A DNA stretch of 64,000 nt, taken from positions 100,937 through 164,936 of the forward strand of contig CAZUKY010000001.1 in the NCBI GenBank assembly GCA_964621085.1, in the 5' to 3' direction. Below the pieces are notes generated by a model. The model did not search any database, was not told the origin of the DNA, and saw nothing but the letters and a program-made list of their open reading frames with translations. Of this stretch, positions 56,983-64,000 are shown in pieces. Source of the DNA: an uncultured Gammaproteobacteria bacterium. Lineage in GTDB: Bacteria; Patescibacteriota; Patescibacteriia; JACQRZ01. The number at the start of each line of letters is the position of its first letter. Positions within the stretch are counted from its first letter, which is position 1. The translations under genes and the position numbers were made by a program.

Positions 56983-57677
56983 ACTTCGTGTGTCGCTGCG
57001 AGTGCGTTTTTCAACGTATTCATGAGGGCGATGTTACGGGAATAATTCATGCGCATCGGTCCCAAAATTCCGGCAATGCACTCTTGGCGATTGAATGGGA
57101 AGCGCATGAGAACAGCGCTGCATTGGGGGGAAAAACGGCTTTCCTGGCCGATCCACACCTGCGGCTCGCGCGTTACCGATACTGCAATCCGAGCGACGAG
57201 GGTATCAAGAGTGTCAATGATTCGGGCAAGCGTGCGTCGAAAATCAGCATCCTCGTATTCGGGTTTTTCCGCTGCATAGGAAAGGCCAAAAAAAACTGCT
57301 CCGCTCTTGCGATGCACGAATGCGATCTCCTCGGCATATGCCGAAAGAGTTTGCGCAAGCGTGCGCAGTGCCGCTTCTTCGCTTTCCTGGTCCAACGCGG
57401 CTGCAAGATCCGCGTGCGCGCGTGCGGGAAGACGCGACGGGCGGACATACTGGAGATAAATCCGATATCCCGTCTCTGTCGGAATCCGTCCGGCGGAAAG
57501 ATGCGGCTGATACATGTAGCCCAATTCTTCAAGGGCCGCCATACAGTTTCTGATCGTCGCAGAACTGCATCCCAGCCGGTATTTTTCGACCAGGGTAACC
57601 GATCCGATCGGATGCGCAGATGCGATATACTGCTCGATAATGCGGGTGAGAATATCCCGCTTTCGCTGATCAATCAT
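56976..57677 (-). CDS. hrcA: heat-inducible transcription repressor HrcA
   Basis: N-terminal wHTH RKRDILTRIIEQYIASAHPIGS; operon order hrcA-grpE-dnaK-dnaJ. Confidence 0.9.
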   Translation of the reverse strand: MIDQRKRDILTRIIEQYIASAHPIGSVTLVEKYRLGCSSATIRNCMAALEELGYMYQPHLSAGRIPTETGYRIYLQYVRPSRLPARAHADLAAALDQESEEAALRTLAQTLSAYAEEIAFVHRKSGAVFFGLSYAAEKPEYEDADFRRTLARIIDTLDTLVARIAVSVTREPQVWIGQESRFSPQCSAVLMRFPFNRQECIAGILGPMRMNYSRNIALMNTLKNALAATHEVC

Positions 57678-57693
57678 GCGAGGAGTAGGTGCA

Positions 57694-57720
57694 TTAGCAC
57701 TCTATTATTTTGACTGCTAA
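57694..57720. promoter_or_regulatory. CIRCE operator TTAGCACTC-N9-GACTGCTAA
   Basis: 8/9 + 9/9 match to the CIRCE consensus TTAGCACTC-N9-GAGTGCTAA, 17 nt upstream of the hrcA start. Confidence 0.75.
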
Positions 57721-57729
57721 GCAGCAGTA

Positions 57730-57750
57730 TAAAAAAGCCCGTCCGGGCTG
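57730..57750 (-). terminator. terminator of the upstream TPR-like gene (agccc-gtcc-gggct with T-run on minus strand)
   Basis: located between that gene's stop and CIRCE. Confidence 0.5.
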
Positions 57751-57777
57751 TCAAGAGGAGTATCGATAAGGCGCCCC

Positions 57778-58308
57778 TTATACCGGGCAGCTGTTGTGAG
57801 GAAAGGGCCTGCCGTTTGTAAGCGCCTCGAGAAATTCGGCCGTGCCGAGCCGGTCGTCGGTATCTGCCTGCTGCAGCATGCGATACAGATCCAGTGCCTC
57901 GTCTGTCTTGCCGCGCGCATAGGCGCAATGCGCAAGCCCGATCAGCGTGCGCATGACGCACCGATCATGATAGCTATGCCATCGAAGCCGTTTCGGAAAC
58001 CCGTCCGCGTAATGGCGGGAGAGCTCGTACCGCGCCTCGCCGTACCAGCGGTGCGCTTCCGGAATATCACACGCGCGTAACGCGATCGCACCGAGTCCGG
58101 CATGCGCCTCGGCGATATCAAAAACGGTATGCGCCCCATCGTGCTGCGCTTCCGCAAGAACATCGGTAAAATGCTCTCGGGCCGTCGCATATGCGCCAAT
58201 CTCGAACGCGCCCCACGCTTCTTCGATGCGGCGGCGGTATTTTGTGTTGAGAAAATCAAGAAGCATATGTGGAAAGATTATCTTTCCCTGCCTCCCAGTA
58301 TAGCACAA
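57778..58308 (-). CDS. TPR-like repeat hypothetical protein
   Basis: helical-repeat pattern (AHAGLGAIALRA..., LIGLAHCAYARGKTDEALDLY). Confidence 0.4.
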   Translation of the reverse strand: MCYTGRQGKIIFPHMLLDFLNTKYRRRIEEAWGAFEIGAYATAREHFTDVLAEAQHDGAHTVFDIAEAHAGLGAIALRACDIPEAHRWYGEARYELSRHYADGFPKRLRWHSYHDRCVMRTLIGLAHCAYARGKTDEALDLYRMLQQADTDDRLGTAEFLEALTNGRPFPHNSCPV

Positions 58309-58347
58309 AGAGGGCCCTGCGCCCTCTTGTGTGTGAAAAAATTCGTT

Positions 58348-58695
58348 TTAGGAAACACCGATACCAAACTCAAGCTTTTCTATGCGCTGATCCTGTATAT
58401 CATTTCGCGCCTTCTCATCAAGAGCTATCCGTTCCGTTCTTCGCAGCCACTCAGTGAGAGATGCCTGCTCCGTATCCATTCGCTTCAGAATGACCATCAT
58501 CGCATCTTGAGTTTCGACAAACTTGCGAAACTCAGTCTTTGTCACCATCTGCTCCTCAATGCGCTCAAATCGCTCGTCATGTTCGATCAGTTTCGAGATA
58601 ATCCTATCAAATCTGGCGTCATGATCCTTGAGCTTGGCATTTATGCTTTCGATCACTTCATCATGCGATGCAAGTTTTTGGAGCACGTCAGACAT
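58348..58695 (-). CDS. hypothetical coiled-coil protein
   Basis: 115 aa heptad-rich; the antisense ORF is Arg-rich junk. Confidence 0.4.
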   Translation of the reverse strand: MSDVLQKLASHDEVIESINAKLKDHDARFDRIISKLIEHDERFERIEEQMVTKTEFRKFVETQDAMMVILKRMDTEQASLTEWLRRTERIALDEKARNDIQDQRIEKLEFGIGVS

Positions 58696-58856
58696 AGAAT
58701 ACTACTCATGAGCGAGGAGATTTTCATTGTACGCCTTCACGAACGAAGGGTCAATCGCGCCATACGAATGAAATTCGCTTTAATTAGAGGCTTCTACTGC
58801 GTTATCCACAGACAAAGGAACATACGACTCAAACCATAAAGGAAAATTCAGCATAA

Positions 58857-59648
<792 letters not shown>

Positions 59649-59697
59649 TTCCTCCGCCGACAAAGAGGGGCTCATCCAGATGGGCCCCTCTCTTTTT

Positions 59698-60867
59698 TTA
59701 AATATTTACGGATGTGCACTCGCGCACGGCTTGAGCAACGCGAAGTGCAACGGTTCGGTCCAACGTGCTTGGCATAAATGCTTCCGGAGAAGGATTCGGG
59801 CAACAACCGGCTATAGCTGCGGCTGCGCGCACCTTCATGTCGTCGGTAATTGCGGAAACGCGTGCGTCGAGCGCGCCGCGAAAGATTCCGGGAAACGCAA
59901 GGACATTATTTATTTGATTCGGATAATCGCTGCGGCCCGTTGCCATGATTCGTACCCCGGCCTTCGCCGCCTCTTCCGGCATGATCTCGGGTACAGGATT
60001 TGCCAGTGCGAAAATAATCGGATCGTCTGCCATTGTTGCGATATGTTCTGCCGTCATGATATGAGGCGCGCTGACTCCGATAAAAACATCCCGTCCTCTC
60101 ACGGCGTCCGCAAGACTCCCGCGTATCCCGTCGGGATTGGTAATAAGCGCTAACGCGCGCTTGGCATCCGAAAGGTCCTCGCGGGTCTGCGCAAGAATCC
60201 CCTGCGAGTCAAGAACAACAATATCATTGACTCCTTCTCGCAAAAGAAGGCGCGTAATCGCCGTGCCTGCCGCCCCCGCGCCATTGATGGCAACTTTTAT
60301 TTCCGACAAATTTCTGCCACTTACCGCACAGGCATTGATGAGGCCGGCAAGCACGACGATCGCTGTGCCATGCTGATCGTCGTGAAATACCGGTATGTCC
60401 AATTCCCGCTTGAGCCGCTCCTCGATCTCGAAACAGCGAGGCGCACTGATGTCTTCCAAGTTGATGCCGCCGAAATTCGGGGCAAGCGCTTTGACAATCG
60501 CGATAATCTCATCCGCGCTTTGCGTCGCAAGACAGATCGGAAAAGCATCGACATTGGCGAACTCCTTAAAAAGTACGGCCTTGCCTTCCATAACCGGCAA
60601 TGCCGCCTCCGGTCCGATATTTCCAAGACCCAACACCGCCGAACCGTCGCTGACGACCGCTACCCAATTCCCTCGCGCGGTATAGCGCCATACATTTTCC
60701 CTCTCCTGTGCGATAGCGGAACTGACGGCAGCGACTCCCGGAGTATAGGCAAGCGAAAGATCATCCCTGCTGCCGATCGGCACTTTTGCATACAGCGCGA
60801 TCTTGCCCTTCTTTTGCTCGTGAAGATCAAGCGATCGCTGTGCGGTATCGCTACTCTGATGACTCAT
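59698..60867 (-). CDS. NAD(P)-dependent malic enzyme
   Basis: 389 aa; malic-enzyme N-terminal and NAD-binding domains (VINGAGAAG). Confidence 0.85.
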   Translation of the reverse strand: MSHQSSDTAQRSLDLHEQKKGKIALYAKVPIGSRDDLSLAYTPGVAAVSSAIAQERENVWRYTARGNWVAVVSDGSAVLGLGNIGPEAALPVMEGKAVLFKEFANVDAFPICLATQSADEIIAIVKALAPNFGGINLEDISAPRCFEIEERLKRELDIPVFHDDQHGTAIVVLAGLINACAVSGRNLSEIKVAINGAGAAGTAITRLLLREGVNDIVVLDSQGILAQTREDLSDAKRALALITNPDGIRGSLADAVRGRDVFIGVSAPHIMTAEHIATMADDPIIFALANPVPEIMPEEAAKAGVRIMATGRSDYPNQINNVLAFPGIFRGALDARVSAITDDMKVRAAAAIAGCCPNPSPEAFMPSTLDRTVALRVAQAVRECTSVNI

Positions 60868-60887
60868 AGTTGCAGCAGGCGAAATTA

Positions 60888-61361
60888 TTACACAAGCGGT
60901 TTCTGCGCTTTCGACGCGAAGAATTTTTCTTTCAGTGGGCGCGGAAAAGCAAACATCTCCGGATGCATCGCGTAGGCGATCAAAACAAACAAATAGACGA
61001 CATGGTCATCAACGAACGGATTGCTCTTGATGGGCAAGACCGCAAGCCACATGAGAAGCATCAGAACAGCTCCGCTCCAACCGGCAATGCGCGCATACCG
61101 TCCGATCGCAAGACTCATCCCGATGCCGAACAATCCTGCCAAAAAAAGAAGTTCGACCATGGGATTTCCTGCAAGCCCATTGAACAGCCAAGCGAACGGA
61201 CCCGAGACCTTGGCAAGAAATCCCGCGGTCGCCGAACCGCCCGCAAGCACCGCGCGCTCGGCAGGCGTCGAGATGCCCAAGCCCAAGAGCTTATCCGCAA
61301 ATGCCCAGAGAAAAATGAAGGCCAGCGATATCCGAGCCAGAAAAAGAGGGAGCGTATTCAT
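60888..61361 (-). CDS. DoxX-family membrane protein
   Basis: 157 aa, 4 TM, FADKLLGLG start typical of DoxX. Confidence 0.55.
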   Translation of the reverse strand: MNTLPLFLARISLAFIFLWAFADKLLGLGISTPAERAVLAGGSATAGFLAKVSGPFAWLFNGLAGNPMVELLFLAGLFGIGMSLAIGRYARIAGWSGAVLMLLMWLAVLPIKSNPFVDDHVVYLFVLIAYAMHPEMFAFPRPLKEKFFASKAQKPLV

Positions 61362-62062
61362 AATCGAATAGATACGTTAGTTATATCTTTTTGGAAAAGA
61401 GGAACCATGTCGCTCATTTCCTCTATAGAAAACGGGGTATATGACGCGAAAACCGGATCAAGCGTAATCTCCGGCCGGAATTGCTGAAGATAGAGCGTGT
61501 CAGCACCCGCCAAAGACTTCGCCATCCGCGCAAGCGTCTCAGGCGAGTGGAGCTCCCGCACCAGCGTTACCCGAAATTCGGAGGGGATAGAAGATTGCTT
61601 AATAAGCTCGACACTTTCCGCTACCTTCTCATAGCGAACAGTTAGCCCCATAAGGTCAGTATACCCCATCTCATCGGTTTTGAAATCCATCGCAATATAA
61701 TCAATAAGCTCTTTGTCAAAAAGCGTCCGAACAATCTCGGGACGGGAGCCGTTGGTATCCAACTTGACCAAAAAACCACGGGTCTTGATCTCGCTGACAA
61801 ACTGCTCAAGTCTGGGCTGGAGCGTTGGCTCACCGCCCGAAACCACCACGCCGTCCAACAACCCCTGCCGCTTCTCCAAAAAAGAGAAAAACGTATCCGG
61901 ATGAATGAAGCTCGGCGCATTTTCTCGGATGATTTTCGGATCGACAAGTTCGGGGTTGTGACAGAACCCGCACCGAAAATTGCACCCGGCCGTAAAAACG
62001 ATGCAGGCGATCTTGCCGGGATAATCGATCATCGAATATTGTTGGACGCCTCCGATGAGCAT
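61358..62062 (-). CDS. nrdG: anaerobic ribonucleotide reductase activating protein (radical SAM)
   Basis: CNFRCGFCHN radical-SAM cluster motif; adjacent to nrdD. Confidence 0.85.
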   Translation of the reverse strand: MLIGGVQQYSMIDYPGKIACIVFTAGCNFRCGFCHNPELVDPKIIRENAPSFIHPDTFFSFLEKRQGLLDGVVVSGGEPTLQPRLEQFVSEIKTRGFLVKLDTNGSRPEIVRTLFDKELIDYIAMDFKTDEMGYTDLMGLTVRYEKVAESVELIKQSSIPSEFRVTLVRELHSPETLARMAKSLAGADTLYLQQFRPEITLDPVFASYTPFSIEEMSDMVPLFQKDITNVSIRL

Positions 62063-62286
62063 ACCGTACCCGATTCGATGTCTTCTCTCGTTCCATACCG
62101 CTCGGAAAACGTCTTGTTTGCCGCAACACTTTCCTTAAAATGCGTCCGCGAGACGTGTTCTGACTTCTTCCCGATATTGAAATGGGAGACCGGCCGATGA
62201 TAGCCCATCACCCGCGTCCAGACCTCGCAGCGCGTGCGCCGCGGCATTTTTTGCTCGTGCATATACGTGAATATTAATTTATTCAT
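62029..62286 (-). CDS. nrdD: NrdD C-terminal glycyl-radical segment encoded as a separate ORF
   Basis: RCEVWTRVMGYHRPVSHFNIGKKSE matches the NrdD Gly-radical loop (RVxGY...N.GK..E); overlaps the nrdG start; the homologous part may start at MPRRTR (62247). Confidence 0.55.
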   Translation of the reverse strand: MNKLIFTYMHEQKMPRRTRCEVWTRVMGYHRPVSHFNIGKKSEHVSRTHFKESVAANKTFSERYGTREDIESGTVCSSEASNNIR

Positions 62287-62295
62287 AACAAATTA

Positions 62296-62444
62296 ATGTG
62301 GCTGAGCTTGCGTTTTCGGCGACTTTCGAAGCAAGCGAGCATGGTTTTTCGCCGAAGGCGAAAATCGCGCAGCAGAGACGAGGTGTGCTTCGCGCTGGCG
62401 AAGCACACCGTTCGCCGAAAGCGCAAGCTCAACCACTCACTCTC
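62296..62444. repeat. GC-rich nested inverted repeats between the two nrdD pieces
   Basis: gaggtgtgcttcgc-gctg-gcgaagcacacc (12-bp stem), ttttcgcc-gaag-gcgaaaa, and outer arms gagcttgcgttttcggcga / tcgccgaaagcgcaagctc. Confidence 0.55.
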
Positions 62445-64000
62445 TCACCGCGCCGCTGCCGCACTACGATGCTTTACGCGAAACACCTCATCAAACTGCG
62501 GAGCGCCGATAATGCCATTTTCCGTATCGCAACGGGGACAGAAGTCATACTCGCCAGCCAGATAGCCATGGATCGGGCAGATGGAAAACGTCGGCGTTAT
62601 CGTGATATACGGCAAACGGAAATTCGAGAGGATTTTTCGCACCAGATTCCGGCAGACCTGCGCACTCGAGATCCGCTCGGTCATGTAACAGTGGAGGACC
62701 GTGCCGCCCGTGTATTTTTTCTGCAAGTCATCCTGAAGCGAGAGCGCCTCAAAGACATCATCCGTGTAGCCGACCGGTATTTGAGACGAGTTGGTATAAT
62801 ACGGGGCTTCCTGCGTTCCCGCCTGTATGATTCCCTCAAACCGCTTCTGGTCTTCTTTTGCAAACCGATACGTCGTACCCTCTGCAGGAGTCGCTTCGAG
62901 ATTATACAAATTGCCCGTTTCTTCCTGATACGAAATTAGCCGCTCCCGCATAAAGTCCAAAATTTTTGCCGCGAACTGCTGGCCCCAGTGCGATGTGATG
63001 CTGTCCCGATCGCCCGTAAAATTACGGATCGCCTCGTTTATGCCATTAATCCCGATTGTCGAAAAATGGTTGTGGAGGCTTCCCAGGTACCGGCGTGTAT
63101 AGGGAAATAGCCCGGCATCGATCCATTTTTGAATCTCTTTGCGCTTGATCTCCAGCGAGGCCCGTCCCGCATCCATCAGATAGGAAAGCCGATCGAAAAA
63201 CGCCTCCGGCTTCCCTGCCGTCAGATGACCGATGCGCGCTGCATTGATTGTCACAACACCGATCGACCCGGTCATCTCGGCAGATCCGAACAGTCCGCCG
63301 CCGCGCTTGCGCAACTCCTTCAGATCGAGCTGGAGTCGGCAGCACATCGACCGGACATCGCCCGGATTGAGGTCGGAGTTGATAAAATTCTGAAAGTACG
63401 GCGTCCCGTATTTTGCCGCCATTTCGAAGAGTGGAAGGTTCTTCGGATCCTCCCATCTGAAATCTTTGCCGATATTGTATGTCGGGATCGGGAAGGTAAA
63501 CGCGCGCCCGTGCGCATCGCCGCGCGTCATCACCTCGATGAACGTCTGATTGATCACGTCCATTTCTTTCTGCAGTTCCCCAAAGGTATGCGCAAACTCG
63601 ACGCCGCCGAGCAGCAGCCGGCGGTCTTTCAGATCCTCTGGACAGTCCCAGTCGAGCGTAATATTCGTAAATGGTGTCTGGGTGCCCCAGCGCGATGGAA
63701 TATTGAGATTGAAGGCAAACGACTGCATATTCTGATACACGTAGCGATAGACCTTCTGCTCAACATACCGCTCGCGCGCCTCCTCGCTCCCGAACTGCAC
63801 CCCTGCCGCGCGCAGATCCTCGCGCGTCTCGATCTCGTACTTTTTCACAAACGGCGCCAAATACGTATCAAAACTGGAGAACGCCTGTGCGCCCGCCCAC
63901 TCGTTTTGGAGTGTTCCCAAAAAATTCACCATCTGCGCGACCGCCGACGATAGATGCCGCGGAGCGGTTGACTCGATCTTGTCTGGGACGCCGTTGAATC
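62445..64000 (-). CDS. nrdD: anaerobic ribonucleoside-triphosphate reductase, catalytic body (5' partial; truncated after the Zn ribbon)
   Basis: SMCCRL, C-terminal CPIHG...CPRC Zn ribbon then stop; the frame is open to the window edge (first ATG at 63932). Confidence 0.85.
   Translation of the reverse strand, partial: FNGVPDKIESTAPRHLSSAVAQMVNFLGTLQNEWAGAQAFSSFDTYLAPFVKKYEIETREDLRAAGVQFGSEEARERYVEQKVYRYVYQNMQSFAFNLNIPSRWGTQTPFTNITLDWDCPEDLKDRRLLLGGVEFAHTFGELQKEMDVINQTFIEVMTRGDAHGRAFTFPIPTYNIGKDFRWEDPKNLPLFEMAAKYGTPYFQNFINSDLNPGDVRSMCCRLQLDLKELRKRGGGLFGSAEMTGSIGVVTINAARIGHLTAGKPEAFFDRLSYLMDAGRASLEIKRKEIQKWIDAGLFPYTRRYLGSLHNHFSTIGINGINEAIRNFTGDRDSITSHWGQQFAAKILDFMRERLISYQEETGNLYNLEATPAEGTTYRFAKEDQKRFEGIIQAGTQEAPYYTNSSQIPVGYTDDVFEALSLQDDLQKKYTGGTVLHCYMTERISSAQVCRNLVRKILSNFRLPYITITPTFSICPIHGYLAGEYDFCPRCDTENGIIGAPQFDEVFRVKHRSAAAAR

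Noticed and set aside
58102-58839. 245-aa plus-strand ORF
   Set aside because: It is Arg-rich and low complexity, and spans two better minus-strand genes (a TPR-like and a coiled-coil protein).
63129-63953. 274-aa plus-strand ORF
   Set aside because: It is antisense to the well-supported nrdD body.

Overview
The window reads as a gene-dense bacterial chromosomal segment with about 58% GC. Nearly all genes sit co-directionally on the minus strand, which is typical of a small genome, and the content would fit an uncultivated anaerobic lineage (possibly Patescibacteria/CPR-like, low confidence). The housekeeping core I can support is: rlpA-like/ftsE/ftsX, pyrG, a glutaredoxin, a septum-formation initiator, rplJ-rplL, a TrmH-family methyltransferase, mltG, a PAP2 phosphatase, rseP, frr, holB, mreB, a GT4 plus a three-gene GT2 polysaccharide cluster, archease, a TrxB-like flavoprotein, pepA, prs, a ZIP transporter, dnaX, hrcA-grpE-dnaK-dnaJ with a CIRCE operator, malic enzyme, and anaerobic RNR nrdD/nrdG. 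I can fold five tRNAs from the sequence: two tRNA-Gln paralogs, tRNA-Gly(CCC), tRNA-Thr(CGT) and a tRNA-Thr 5' fragment. The items most worth follow-up are: (1) nrdD is split, with the glycyl-radical C-terminus on a separate out-of-frame ORF after about 150 bp of nested GC-rich inverted repeats. (2) A roughly 2-kb low-coding, compositionally odd insert sits between the tRNA-Gln(TTG) 3' end and a displaced copy of its terminator hairpin, consistent with a decayed tRNA-targeted island. (3) A minus-strand module encodes an FtsK/HerA-superfamily (VirB4/VirD4-like) ATPase with membrane partners. (4) A membrane-anchored Clp D1-only AAA+ protein. (5) A TrxB-like oxidoreductase lacking the CxxC motif sits next to an acidic zinc-ribbon protein. 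(6) An AGCT-heptamer quasi-palindrome in the dnaK-dnaJ spacer. (7) Duplicated tRNA 3' flanks downstream of tRNA-Gly and tRNA-Thr. All protein family calls are from my own reading of motifs in the six-frame ORF track; no database search was run.
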